The notes beneath the pieces are model-generated. The model saw nothing but the letters and a program-made list of their open reading frames with translations. It ran no database searches and was not told the origin of the DNA. Positions 1 through 12,977 of a DNA stretch of 64,000 bases are shown here, piece after piece (positions within the stretch are counted from its first letter, which is position 1; every line of letters begins with the position of its first letter). The position numbers were made by a program, and so were the translations under genes. Source of the stretch: Polyangiales bacterium (lineage in GTDB: Bacteria; Myxococcota_A; Polyangia; Polyangiales; JADJQN01); assembly GCA_964202905.1 (NCBI GenBank), contig CAXNJO010000012.1, positions 86,308 to 150,307 of the forward strand, in the 5' to 3' direction.

Positions 1-54
1 GAAGGCTCCCGGCTCGGCATCACGGGCGGCGAAACTCAGGAGACAGGTAGGAAC

Positions 55-1026
55 ATGAACTTCAAGAAACTGCTCGTGTGTGCGGGTCTCGTCAGTGTCT
101 CGGCTTTCGGTGTCGGCTGCGGTGGCGATGACGACGGCGGCACGACGCCGCCCCCGCCGCCGCCGCCGCCCCCCGCCTGCACCGCGGCGGATCTCGCCTC
201 GGGCATGTCGAAGGTCTACGTGATCAACGTCCTGTCGCTCGCGGGCCCCGAGGGTGACGCGCCCCCGTTCACCTCGGCGGGCTACAACGTCGACAGCGAC
301 GCCGCGGTCGCGTGCAACATGCACGTCCCCGGCGAGACGGCCGAGTTCGCGGGCCAGGCCCCCGACAACGGCAGCGGCATCGACAACGCGCTCGGCGGCG
401 ACCTCGGCAACCTCGCGAACTCCTCGCTGCAGGACAGCGTCGACGACGCGAGCGTCCTCCTCCTCGTCGAGGTCAAGGGCGTCGACAACTTCACCAACGA
501 CAACTGCGTCGGCGTGAACTTCTTCCTCGGCGCGCTGCCCGCCGGCACGATGGCCCCGATGCTCGGCGCGGACGGCCACATCGCCCCCGGCCAGACCTTC
601 GACCTCTCGGCTGACTCCTTCGCGGACGGCATGGCGGGCACGATGCCGCGCATCCAGTTCGGCTCGGCGCGCATCGTCGCGGGCCGCCTCCAGGCAGGCC
701 CGGCCGACTTCCCGCTCGCGCTCAACCTCCTCGGCGCCGAGCTCAACCTCACCATCAAGGACGCGCAGCTCCGCTTCGACATCACCGAGTCGACGATGTC
801 GGTCGGCGTGCTCGGCGGCTCGCTCAACACCGCGCAGGTCATCATGACCGTCAACAGCATCCCGGACCTCGCGATGTACGCGTCGGTCGTCGAGGACACC
901 CTCACGGGCCTCGCGGACATCGACGAGAACGGCAGCCCCGACAGCTGCGAGGCGGGCTCCATCGCGCTCAAGCTGAGCGGCGTGTCAGCGACCCGCGGCG
1001 CGGTCGTCGCCGGCGCGGCGCCGTGA
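55..1026 (+). CDS. Hypothetical lipoprotein with poly-proline linker
   Basis: 323-aa ORF with strong GC3 bias; signal peptide and lipobox FGVG-C followed by GGDDDGG and a Pro run; AGGA RBS upstream. Confidence 0.8.
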   Translation: MNFKKLLVCAGLVSVSAFGVGCGGDDDGGTTPPPPPPPPPACTAADLASGMSKVYVINVLSLAGPEGDAPPFTSAGYNVDSDAAVACNMHVPGETAEFAGQAPDNGSGIDNALGGDLGNLANSSLQDSVDDASVLLLVEVKGVDNFTNDNCVGVNFFLGALPAGTMAPMLGADGHIAPGQTFDLSADSFADGMAGTMPRIQFGSARIVAGRLQAGPADFPLALNLLGAELNLTIKDAQLRFDITESTMSVGVLGGSLNTAQVIMTVNSIPDLAMYASVVEDTLTGLADIDENGSPDSCEAGSIALKLSGVSATRGAVVAGAAP

Positions 1027-1092
1027 GTGGTGCGACGCGCGCCGCCTGCGGGCGCGCGCACTGAGCCTCCCCCACCGGGAGGCCGGCGCGAC

Positions 1093-1129
1093 GAGACGGG
1101 AGGCCCGCGAGGGTCTCCCGTTTTGCTTT
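1093..1129 (+). terminator. Rho-independent terminator
   Basis: ACGGGAGGCCC-GCGA-GGGTCTCCCGT stem with GNRA loop followed by TTTGCTTT. Confidence 0.65.
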
Positions 1130-1349
1130 CCGTCGGGCGCCGCGCCGGCGAATCACCGTCCTCCCTCCGACACGCCGACGGCTCCGCCGCCGTGCGCCGC
1201 AACGTGTGATCGGGGGCTGTACCCCACGGCTTCCGCCCCCCGAGGTGTGCGCGGGTCCCGCCGCGCGGCACACCAAAATCACGCACGGGCCCCAATACGC
1301 GGTTGATCCCCGGCGTCGCAGCCCCGAGAATCGCGCGCGGAGGCAGCCG

Positions 1350-4192
1350 ATGGGAATCCCGAGCCCCGATGGGGGCGCGAAGCAACAGGGCGGAGGCGGG
1401 GGCGGTGCGGGGGGTCGGCCTCCCGAACGCGTGATCCCCTTCGGCAAATACCAGCTGCTCGAGCGCGTGAGCGTCGGCGGCATGGCGGAGGTCTTCAAGG
1501 CCAAGAGCTTCGGCATCGAGGGCTTCGAGAAGATCCTCGCGGTCAAGCGGATCCTGCCGACGATGGCCGAGGACGGCGACTTCATCGAGATGTTCATCGA
1601 TGAGGCGAAGATCGCCGGCCAACTGAGCCACGCCAACATCTGCCCGATCTACGAGCTCGGGAAGGTCGGCGACTCGCACTACATCGCGATGGAGTTCGTC
1701 TGGGGCAAGGACCTGCTCCAGCTGATGAACCGCTTCCGCAAGATGCGGAAGCACATGCCGCCGGCGATGGTGGCGTGGATCGGCGCGAAGGTCTGCGAAG
1801 GCCTCGATTACGCGCACCGCAAGCGCGATCGCAACGGCAACCCGATGAACATCATCCATCGGGACATGTCACCGCAGAACGTCCTCGTCTCGTACGAGGG
1901 TCAGGTCAAGATCATCGACTTCGGCATCGCCAAGGCCGCGTCGCGGACGACGAAGACGCAGGCCGGCGTGCTTAAGGGCAAGTTCGGCTACATGAGCCCC
2001 GAGCAGGTGCGCGGGCTGCCGGTCGACGCGCGCAGCGACCTCTTCGCCATCGGCACGTGCATGCACGAGATGTCGACGGGCGAGCGCCTCTTCCTCGGTG
2101 AGAGCGACTTCACGACCCTCGAGAAGGTGCGCAACGCCGAGGTGCCGCCGCCCTCGCGCGGGCTGCAGGATTACCCGCCCGAGCTCGAGCGGATCGTCAT
2201 GAAGGCGCTCACGCTCGACGTGGGCGATCGCTGGAGCAGCGCCGCGGAGATGCAGGAGGCGCTGCAGCGCTTCCTCGCCTCGCAGAAGCCGCCCTACGGC
2301 ACCTCGAAGCTCGCCGCGTGGATGAAGACGGCCTTCGCCGCCGAGCTCGCCGCCGAGAAGGAGCGCATGCAGGCATACCAGACGGCCGCCCGCACGGCAC
2401 CGCCGTCGGCGCCCCCCGCTGCGCCCGCCGGCCTCCCACGCCCGCGCATGCCCGCGATGCTGGGCCTCGGCGGCGCGCCCGCGCTCGACGCGCCCACGCT
2501 CCGACCGCCGCTTCGCAAGGCGGCCGCCGCGCCCGCGGCCGTCGCGCCGATGGAGACGTCACAGCTCGACACCGCCGACCTCGCCGCCGCCGACGAGGAC
2601 ATGGACGAGCTCGCCGGCGAGAAGACGATGGTCGGCTCGTCGCTCTTCGACGACGACGCCGGCCCGACGACGGACCTCCCCGAGCAGCCCACCCAGATCT
2701 TTTTCAGCGCGGACGAACTCGTCGAAGCCGAGGCGCCCGCGGCACCGCGGCCGTCGTCGGGATCCGGCGCCGCCGGGGTCGAGGTCGCGCACGGCGAACT
2801 CTTCGGCGCCGCGCCCGCCGCGGCGCAGCGCGTTTTCCCCGCCCCGCAAGCGCGCGCCTCGCTCCGCCCGGCGCCCCAGGCAGCCCCCGCCTTCCAGCCG
2901 CCCGCGCCGGCCGCGCAGTCGTCGCCCACCTTCCAGCCGCCCGCGCCTGCCTTCCAGCCGCCGCAGGCCCCGCTCTTCGTGGGGTCCGAGCCCCACGGTG
3001 CGGCGCCGGGTCTCCCCTTCAACCCGCAGCAGCCGCTCACCGGCTACGCCCCCCCCGCGGGACCCGTCACACCGCACGGCTTCGCCTCGCCGCCGAGCGC
3101 CGCCAAACCCGCGCCGCAGTCCGGCGGGCGCGGCCAGCTCGTGGCCATCGCGCTCGCGGCGGTGGTGCTCATCGCGGCGGGCGCGGGCATCGCGGTGCTG
3201 CTCTTCGGTCGTCCCGCCGGCGGGACGGTCGAGGTGCAGACGATCCCCGCCGTCCCGGGCGACATCTACGTCGACGGGACGCTCCTCGGGCAGGCGCCGA
3301 AGCGACTCGAGCCCGTGCCGCCCGGCGAGCACGTCATCGAGGTGCGCGCAGCCGGCTACACGCCTGCGCTGCGCCGCGTGACCGTCACCGCCGGCAACAC
3401 GATGATGATGGAGATCGCGATGATCGCGTCGGCGCCGGCCGCCGCGCCGCCCAGCGCGCTCGCTCTCGGCGCTGGCCCCAGCCCCGCGCCGCTCGGCGTC
3501 GTCTCGCCGCTCCCCGGCCTGCCCATGCCCGCCGCCCCGCTCCCGCCGGACCCGATGGCGCAGCTCCCAGGGGCGCTGCTCCCCGGTGCGCCACTTCCCG
3601 GTGCGCTGCTTCCCGGTGCGCCGCCCGCCGGTGCAGCGAGCCCGGCCGTCGCCGCCATCGTCCCGCCGGCCCCCGCACCGGCGCCCACGCCGATGCCCCT
3701 CGCGCTGCCGCCGGTCCCCACCCCGGCCCCCACAGCCCCGCGCCCGCGGCCGCCGCACCGACGCCCGTCCCTGCCCCGCCGCGCGCCGCTGCGCAGGTTC
3801 CCGCGCAACCAGCCTCCGCCCCGCAGCGGGCGGCCGCGCCGACGCCGGCCCCCGCGCGAGCACCGACGCCCCTGCCTTCGCGCGCCGAGCCACTCCGGGC
3901 CGCCCCCGAGCGGACGGCCCCGACGCGCACTGCGCCGACCCGCACGGCCCCCGAGGCGGCGCCCGAGCCGAGCAGCGCGCGTGGCGGCATGGGCACGCTC
4001 GCGATCAGCACCCAGCCCTGGGCGCGCGTCTTCCTGGACGGGCGCGACACCCGGCGCGACACCCCCGTCCGCGACCTCCGCGCGCGCGCCGGACACCACA
4101 CGATCGGGCTCCGCAAGCCCGATGGATCGATGGTCAACGTCGAGGTCGACGTCGTCGCCAACGAGACGACGACCGTCATCCGCCGGCTCTGA
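1350..4192 (+). CDS. Membrane-anchored Ser/Thr protein kinase with PEGA domains (frameshift near 3738)
   Basis: Kinase motifs GGMAEVFKA, AVK, HRDMSPQN, DFG, GKFGYMSPEQ; TM helix and PEGA domain. The C-terminal PEGA-like domain (GTLAISTQPWARVFLDG...ETTTVIRRL) lies in the 2318..4192 frame, implying a 1-nt deletion in GCCCCG at about 3736-3740. Confidence 0.88.
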
Positions 4193-4305
4193 TCGGCCCC
4201 CTTCGTCGCCGTCCGCGCTGAATCGCCATTCAGCGCCGGCGCGCTCCGACCGGCGCAGCGTGCGGCAGGTGCGGCAGCGCGGGCGGCCACGAGCAGCGCG
4301 CCCGG

Positions 4306-5574
4306 TCAGCGCTTCGTGCGCGGGGCGCGGGGCGGCGCGGGCGGTGTGAGGCTCGCGCGGCCCGCCGGCGCCGCCGGAGGCACGCTCGCGCGGGGCGGCG
4401 CGGGCGGCGTCAGGCTCGTGCGGCCCGCTGGCGGCGCGGGAGGGACGCTCGCGCGCGTCCCGGGCGAGCTCGCGCGCTGCGCGGAGCGGCCGAGTTCGCG
4501 GCGCGTCGGCGCGGCCGTCCCGAGTTTCAGGCGCCGCATGACGGCGACCTTCTGACGGTCCTTGTAGGCCGCGTGACTCGCGTCGCCGAGCTCGTTGCCC
4601 TGCTCGGTCTCGCGATCGATGACCTGGAACTCCGTCTGCGCGAACACGACGGAGCCGAGAGCGCGCGCGCCCGGCGGGGCCTGCTCGAGCAGCGCCGGCG
4701 GCACGCGCAGGGGCATGTCCACGACGAAGTGCGTGACCCGGTAGGTCGAGGCCGTGAAGCGGTTGTCGAGCGTGCTCTGCAGGTCCTCGGTCTCGAGCGG
4801 CATCTGCAGGCGTGGCAACAGCGCGCGCAGGTGCGGGTTCGACTCGCTGTACGAGCGGAAGTGCAGCAGCGTGTTCGTCGACTGCCCGGGGATCACGTAG
4901 TTGAACGGGAAGACGTGACGCATCAAGTAGTTCAGCGTCGGGAAGATGTCGTCCGGCGTGCGTGTGACGATGCGGAAGCGGACCTTGTCGTAGATCTGCG
5001 CCGCGAGGACCTCGCGCTTCGAGAGCAGCTTCGTGTAGAGGCTGTCCTTGTTTTTTCGGCCGCCGATGAACTCGAGGATCGGGAAGCCCCGCGCGAGCAT
5101 GCCGCCGATCACGCGATAGACCTTCTCCTCAACGAGGTGGAAGATCTCCTGGTCGGACACGGGCAGCATGAAGAGCAGCTCGCGCGCCTCGAGATGATGG
5201 ATGATGTGCATCAGCTTGAGGATCGTGCAGGCGCAGAGCTGCCGATGCCCCGTGCCGCTCGCCAACATCAGCAACCCGACGAGGTCGAGCTGCGCGACGG
5301 GCTTGGGCACCGGGAAGTCGAAGTTGCGGCGCAGATAGCTGATGGCCGCGTCGCGCACGGCCTCGATGCGCGCGCGGTCGGCCGGGTCGTCGAGCCGGAA
5401 CTCCTGCGCGGCCGCGAACTCGCGAGCCTCGCGCTCCGAGGCGAAGTTCAGCCGGTGCCAGTCGATGACGGAGCCGCCGCGGAGCAGCACGCGCACGCCC
5501 TCGAGGTCGGAGAGCGAGAAGCGCTCGAGGGCGCGGAACTCGTGGACGGGATCGACCTCGGCCGGAGGGGTCAT
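4306..5574 (-). CDS. TIGR04552-like Myxococcales protein (RelA/SpoT-like nucleotidyltransferase fold)
   Basis: N-terminal LLRGGSVIDWHRLNF; RKNKDSLYTKLL, IYDKVRFRIV, EFQ and SHAAYK motifs; duplicated 21-aa Pro-rich C-terminal repeat. Confidence 0.75.
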   Translation of the reverse strand: MTPPAEVDPVHEFRALERFSLSDLEGVRVLLRGGSVIDWHRLNFASEREAREFAAAQEFRLDDPADRARIEAVRDAAISYLRRNFDFPVPKPVAQLDLVGLLMLASGTGHRQLCACTILKLMHIIHHLEARELLFMLPVSDQEIFHLVEEKVYRVIGGMLARGFPILEFIGGRKNKDSLYTKLLSKREVLAAQIYDKVRFRIVTRTPDDIFPTLNYLMRHVFPFNYVIPGQSTNTLLHFRSYSESNPHLRALLPRLQMPLETEDLQSTLDNRFTASTYRVTHFVVDMPLRVPPALLEQAPPGARALGSVVFAQTEFQVIDRETEQGNELGDASHAAYKDRQKVAVMRRLKLGTAAPTRRELGRSAQRASSPGTRASVPPAPPAGRTSLTPPAPPRASVPPAAPAGRASLTPPAPPRAPRTKR

Positions 5575-5593
5575 CGGCCGAAGATAAACGACC

Positions 5594-5785
5594 TCAGGTG
5601 TTCTTGCTGCCGCTTGCGCTGCGCGTCGCGGCGCTGCGGGCATCGGCGCTGCGGCCGAGCGTGAGCGTCCCGTAGAAGATGCCGACCGTCATGCCGAGCA
5701 CGATGAGGTTCCCGACGAACGCGCCGTTGCAGCCCGCGAGCGCGAGCGTGGTGAAGAGGAGCGTGAAAGTCGTGGTCCGCGTCAT
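5594..5785 (-). CDS. Small putative lipoprotein/membrane peptide (63 aa)
   Basis: GAGGGAG RBS, lipobox LALAG-C and a second hydrophobic stretch; directly upstream of the TIGR04552-like gene. Confidence 0.6.
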   Translation of the reverse strand: MTRTTTFTLLFTTLALAGCNGAFVGNLIVLGMTVGIFYGTLTLGRSADARSAATRSASGSKNT

Positions 5786-6019
5786 GCGCTGTCTCCCTCG
5801 GGGGCTGCCCGGTTGATGCAGGGTGGTGTAGGACACCATCGTACAGATCGCCGGGCGGGGGCCAATTTCTATCAAACGACCTCGCTGGGCGCCAGCGCGA
5901 TCGGCGGCGACGCGGCCTCGACCCCGCACGGTGTCGCGCCCCTCCGGCACGCGTCCGGCGCTGCCCGGCGGGTGCTCACGCTTGCGCCGGCCCGTGGGGG
6001 AGGGGACACTGCGACGCCC

Positions 6020-8395
<2,376 letters not shown>

Positions 8396-8398
8396 GCC

Positions 8399-10681
8399 TT
8401 GCGGACGCTCTTCAGGCTGCGCAGCCTCCGGGTCGCGCTCGCCTTGGGCGCGCTCGCTGGGCTGGTCCTCGCCGCGCTCCCGCTCGCGGGCACGCTCGGC
8501 CCCGAGAGCGCGCTCGTCCTCGCGCTGCTGCTCGCGCCTCCATGCGCGGCGCTCGGCGCCGCCGTCGTCCAAGACGCGCGGCGCCGCGGCGTCGCCGAGC
8601 CGACCGCGACGCTCGTCGCCCGCGCGCTCGGCGGCGCGATCGGCGTGGTCGCCGTGCCGCTCGGCCTGCTGCTGCTGAACCTGCTGCGCATGCCAGCCTG
8701 CGCGCCGCTCGCGGGCCTCGGCTTCGAGCTGATCGGCCCCGTCGCGGGCGTGCTCGTCGCCGCGACGCTCGGCATCTGGGCGGGCACGCTCGGGCGCACG
8801 CCGCGGGGCGCCGTGCTCGTCGCCGCAGCGCTGCCCATCGGCGAGATGCTGCTCGCGCTCCATCGCTTCCGCGCGAGCCCCGCGATCTTCGCGTACGGAC
8901 ACGTCTTCGGCTGGTTTCCCGGCACGCTCTACGACGAGGGCACGCACATCGGCTCCCCCTTCGTCGCGCTGCGCGTCGGTTCGCTCGCGCTCGTCGGTGC
9001 GCTGATCGCGGCACACGCGGCGCTCGTCGACCCCCTCACGCAGCGCGTCTCGCGCGCGCAGGCCGCGCGGCACCCCGGGCGCCTCGGCCTCGCCCTCCTC
9101 CTTCTCGCGGGCTTCGTCGCCGTCGAGGGCCACGCGGAGGCCCTCGGCCTGCGCGCGAGCGCCGCATCGATCCGCGGCGTACTCGGCGGGCGCGCCGACG
9201 CCGGACGCTGCACGGCGATCGTCCCGCGCGAACTCCCGCGCGCCGAGGCGGCGCTGCTCGCGGAGGACTGCGCGTTCCGCCTGACGCAGCTCGAGCGGAC
9301 GCTCGGCGTCCGGCCGGGCGGGCGTGTGACGGCCTATTTCTTCCGCAACACCGAGGAGAAGCGCGCGCAGATGGGCGCTGGCGATACGTACATCGCGAAG
9401 CCCTGGCGCCGTGAGGTCTACCTGCAACTCGGCGAGTGGCCACACCCGGTCCTCGCGCACGAACTCGCCCACGTCGTCGCCGGCGACGCGGCGAGCGGGC
9501 CGTTCCGCGTGGGCGGCTCGCTCGGCGGGTTGCTCCCGGACGCCGGGATGATCGAGGGCGTCGCGGTCGCCCTCGCCTGGGCAGAGCGCGACGGCCTGAC
9601 ACCACACGAGTGGGCGCGCGCGATGCTCGCGCTCGGCATCGCCCCGACGATCGACGCGACGCGCGGGTTGGCCTTCCTCCTCGAGCCCGCCGGGCGCGCG
9701 TACACGATCTCCGGCTCCTTCTACCGATTCGTGCTCGACCGCTACGGCGCGGGCGTGGTGCGACGCGCCTACCGATCGGGCGATCTGGCGGGCGCGGCCG
9801 GCAAGCCGATCGCCGCGCTCGCGCGCGAGTGGCGCGCCTTCCTCGCCGCTTCGCCCCTCCCCGACGAGGCACTCGCGCTCGCGCGGCTCCGCTTCGCGCG
9901 TGGCGCGATCTTCGCCCGCCCCTGCCCCCACCGCGTCGCCCAACTGCGGGCGCGCCTCGGGGCGGATCTCGCCGCCAACGACCCCGTGCGCGCGGTCGCG
10001 ACCTGCCGCGAAGTGCTCACGCTCGACCCGGCCGACACGGGCACGCGCGCCGTCCTCGCCGCGACGCTCGCACGCGGCGGACACCCCGACGCGGCCGCGC
10101 GCGAGTTGGACGCCCTCGCGCGACGCTGGGGTGCCCCGACGCCGCTGCTCGCCGCCGCGCGCGAGTCGATCGCCGACGCAGCCTGGCGACGCGGTGATCG
10201 CGCCGGCGCCCTGCATGCGCTGAGCGCCCTCGCGCGCGAGCCGCGCTCCGAGGACGCCCGCCGCGTGCTCGAGGTCAAGCTGCTCGCGCTGCGCGCCGGC
10301 GGACGACAGGCCGATCTGCTCGGGCAACTGCTGGCCGCCGAGATCGCGCCCGACGGTGCGTGGGCCGTGCACCTCGCGCGCGCGCTCGCTGGGGAGCGAC
10401 GCGACGGCCTCCCCGCCTACCTCGAGGCGCGCCAGCTCGCGGCCGCACGACACCACGCCGAAGCCGCCGCGCTGCTCGCGCGCGCGCTCACGCTCGGATT
10501 GCCCACCCACCTCCTCACGCGTGAGGCAGAGCGCCTCCGGGCGACGAGCCTCTGGGCCGCCGGCGCCCACGCCGAGAGCGCGCGACGCTGGGCCGACATC
10601 GCCGCGCAGGCCGAGCTCCCCGAGGCCGCCCGGACCGAGGCGCGCGACTGGCTCGTGCGCGCACGCCTCACCGCGCGCTGA
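8399..10681 (+). CDS. Polytopic membrane protein with zincin (peptidase MA-like) domain and TPR-like C-terminus
   Basis: Several N-terminal TM helices; HELAH...EGVA zinc motif; Ala/Arg-rich helical tail; starts 3 nt after lon. Confidence 0.65.
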   Translation: MRTLFRLRSLRVALALGALAGLVLAALPLAGTLGPESALVLALLLAPPCAALGAAVVQDARRRGVAEPTATLVARALGGAIGVVAVPLGLLLLNLLRMPACAPLAGLGFELIGPVAGVLVAATLGIWAGTLGRTPRGAVLVAAALPIGEMLLALHRFRASPAIFAYGHVFGWFPGTLYDEGTHIGSPFVALRVGSLALVGALIAAHAALVDPLTQRVSRAQAARHPGRLGLALLLLAGFVAVEGHAEALGLRASAASIRGVLGGRADAGRCTAIVPRELPRAEAALLAEDCAFRLTQLERTLGVRPGGRVTAYFFRNTEEKRAQMGAGDTYIAKPWRREVYLQLGEWPHPVLAHELAHVVAGDAASGPFRVGGSLGGLLPDAGMIEGVAVALAWAERDGLTPHEWARAMLALGIAPTIDATRGLAFLLEPAGRAYTISGSFYRFVLDRYGAGVVRRAYRSGDLAGAAGKPIAALAREWRAFLAASPLPDEALALARLRFARGAIFARPCPHRVAQLRARLGADLAANDPVRAVATCREVLTLDPADTGTRAVLAATLARGGHPDAAARELDALARRWGAPTPLLAAARESIADAAWRRGDRAGALHALSALAREPRSEDARRVLEVKLLALRAGGRQADLLGQLLAAEIAPDGAWAVHLARALAGERRDGLPAYLEARQLAAARHHAEAAALLARALTLGLPTHLLTREAERLRATSLWAAGAHAESARRWADIAAQAELPEAARTEARDWLVRARLTAR

Positions 10682-10850
10682 GCGCGCGACAGCGGTTCCC
10701 GACCGCCGCGCCCTGCCCCCCGCGCGCCAAGCACCACTGCGAGCCATTCCCTCGCTGCCGCCCACGCACCGCACGGACGCCCTCGGACGTGGTGTCTCTG
10801 GAGGATATGTGCCACTGGCGCGGCCGCCCGGGCCCGCGACCCGCGTGCCG

Positions 10851-11768
10851 TCAGAACATGAGCACGTCACCCGCGGTCTCGAGATCGACGGGCTTGTCGC
10901 CGCCGATCTCGGGGTGCATCGGCGCGGCGATCTCGGCGGCCCGGCCCTCCGCCGCAGGGAGCTCCGCCGCCGCGAGCTGGGCGTCGCGGATCCAGTCGTC
11001 GATACGCTGGAGCCCTTGCGCGACCGCGTCCTGGAACTGCAGGTGCGAGAGCGACTCGTGCGAGTGCCGCACGACCTGCGCGAGCGAGGCGTCGCCGTGC
11101 TCGAGCGCATCCGCAACGTAGCGGTGCATCTCCTCCGTGCCCTGCTCGACGTCATGCGCGCTCGCGGCGAAACGCTCGGAGAAGGTACTCGCGAGCGCCT
11201 CCATGCCGTCCGCACTGCCCGCGATCGCGGGGAGCAGCGCGGTGAGGTCGCGCGAGAGCTGGTCGATCAGCTCGTTCGTCGTCGCGATCGTCTTGCTGAG
11301 TCGCTGCATCTCTCCTGCGATCACCCGAAAGCTCGCGCCACGCTCCGAGAGGCGCCCCGCCTCGATGCGCGCGTTGAGCGCGAGGATGTGGGCCTCTTGC
11401 GACAGCGCCGCGATCGAGCGCGCCGCGCGCGAGATGTCCTGCGTGTGCGCGACCGCGCTCGTCGCGTCCGACTGGAGCCGCGTCGCGCGCTCGCGCACGT
11501 CGCGCGCGTAGTCCTCGACCGCGTCGATCTGCCGATGGATCAAGGTCCCGATGCCCGCGCGCCCGCCACCGCCACGCAACACCGAGAGCGCATCCCGCAC
11601 CCGCGCCACGTGCCCGCCGGCGACCTCGACGATGCGCGCCACGCTCTCCGCGGCGCTCATCACCTCGCGCTCGGTCATCCCGTTGACCTCACGGACGCGC
11701 TGCTGAAAGCGGCCGCGCAGGCTGAGGAGCTGCTCGAACACGCGCTGCTCGATGCCGTCCGTCATCAC
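10851..11768 (-). CDS. Soluble methyl-accepting chemotaxis-like protein
   Basis: Hairpin tip LALNARIEAGRLSERGASFRVIAGEMQRL; C-terminal LQFQD motif; no TM segment. Confidence 0.8.
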   Translation of the reverse strand: MMTDGIEQRVFEQLLSLRGRFQQRVREVNGMTEREVMSAAESVARIVEVAGGHVARVRDALSVLRGGGGRAGIGTLIHRQIDAVEDYARDVRERATRLQSDATSAVAHTQDISRAARSIAALSQEAHILALNARIEAGRLSERGASFRVIAGEMQRLSKTIATTNELIDQLSRDLTALLPAIAGSADGMEALASTFSERFAASAHDVEQGTEEMHRYVADALEHGDASLAQVVRHSHESLSHLQFQDAVAQGLQRIDDWIRDAQLAAAELPAAEGRAAEIAAPMHPEIGGDKPVDLETAGDVLMF

Positions 11769-11772
11769 GCCC

Positions 11773-12138
11773 TCACGCCACGAGCTTCTTGACCGCCGCG
11801 ACGAGGAGGTCCGCCTTGAACGGCTTGACGATCCAGCCCTTCGCGCCGGCCTTCTTCGCGCGCTCGATGAGCGCAGGGTGCCCCTCCGACGTCAGCATCA
11901 GCACGGGAAGCCGCGCGTTCGCCGCGTCGGCCTTCACCTTCTCGAGCATCTCGAGCCCGTTCATCCGCGGCATGTTGACGTCGCAGATCACGACCGCGAT
12001 CGTCGGGTCCGCGCCGATGCGCTCAGCCCCTTCGGCCCCATCCGCGGCCTCGACCACGTCGAAGCCCGCCTGGCGCAGGGCGAGACCAACCTGCTGGCGG
12101 ACACTCGGGGAATCGTCGACTACGAGCGCTCTCTTCAT
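11773..12138 (-). CDS. CheY-like single-domain response regulator
   Basis: LVVDDS, DVNMP, MLTSE and KPF receiver motifs; 121 aa. Confidence 0.9.
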   Translation of the reverse strand: MKRALVVDDSPSVRQQVGLALRQAGFDVVEAADGAEGAERIGADPTIAVVICDVNMPRMNGLEMLEKVKADAANARLPVLMLTSEGHPALIERAKKAGAKGWIVKPFKADLLVAAVKKLVA

Positions 12139-12281
12139 GATCGTTCCTCCTGCGCTGGCCCGCGCCACGACGCGCCGTACGGCAAACGACGCGTGCGGTC
12201 GATTCTTGAATCCCACACCGCATCTCGCATGCCCCTCAAGCCCCTCCTGCCTCCCACCGTTGAGTGGGAACGAGGATCCCG

Positions 12282-12800
12282 ATGCGCAGCGACCACCAAT
12301 GCCAAGAAGTGGTCTCGCGACTTGCCGCCGAGTCCACCGTGAAGTTGTTCGAGGCGTACGGCCTGACCCTACGCGAAGAACCGTCCGAGCGGCTGCCCGA
12401 ACACACGATCCTGATGTGCGGCGTGATCGGCTTCACCGGGCCGCAGATCCGCGGCACGGTCATCCTCGCCGCCAACGACCGCCCGCTCGACGCGTCGAAT
12501 CCGGTCGAAGGCGCGCCGCGTCGCGACTGGATCGCCGAGCTGACCAACCAGCTCGTCGGGCGCATCAAGAACCGGCTCATCGGCTACGGCGCCGACATCT
12601 ACATCACGACTCCGGTCGTGTTGCGCGGCGAACACCTTGCCCCGGTTCCGAGTCAGCCGATCAGCCCGGAGGCGTTCGTCACGGACGGCGGTGGTGTCGT
12701 GTGCGTCTGGTCGGAGGTCGAGGCCGCCGAGGGCTTCGCCCTCGTGGAGTCGAGCGACGCCGAGCACGGCGCGCACGAAGGCGACACTCTCCTCTTCTGA
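12282..12800 (+). CDS. CheX-like chemotaxis phosphatase
   Basis: GVIGFTG...IAELTNQLVG (ExxN)...ITTPVVLRG CheX pattern. Confidence 0.75.
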   Translation: MRSDHQCQEVVSRLAAESTVKLFEAYGLTLREEPSERLPEHTILMCGVIGFTGPQIRGTVILAANDRPLDASNPVEGAPRRDWIAELTNQLVGRIKNRLIGYGADIYITTPVVLRGEHLAPVPSQPISPEAFVTDGGGVVCVWSEVEAAEGFALVESSDAEHGAHEGDTLLF

Positions 12801-12824
12801 CCCGCAACAACCCCTCCCGAAACG

Positions 12825-12865
12825 ACGCGCCGCAACCCCTTCCCAGGGCGGCGCGTTCCTTTTTT
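12825..12865 (+). terminator. Rho-independent terminator
   Basis: ACGCGCCGC/GCGGCGCGT inverted repeat followed by TCCTTTTTT. Confidence 0.55.
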
Positions 12866-12977
12866 GGGGCCGCTCCGACATCACCCCAAAGCGAAGCGCC
12901 GCAGCCCCCGAGAGAGCGTGCGGCGCGGTGGTGTCGGCGTGGGTGGAGGGGCGGACAGACAGACCCGCGTCAGCGTC

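Noticed and set aside
1..54. Glycine-riboswitch-like words (GAAGG...GAAACTCAGG...ACAG)
   Set aside because: Truncated by the window edge, core CTCTCAGG not matched, and the downstream gene is unrelated to glycine metabolism
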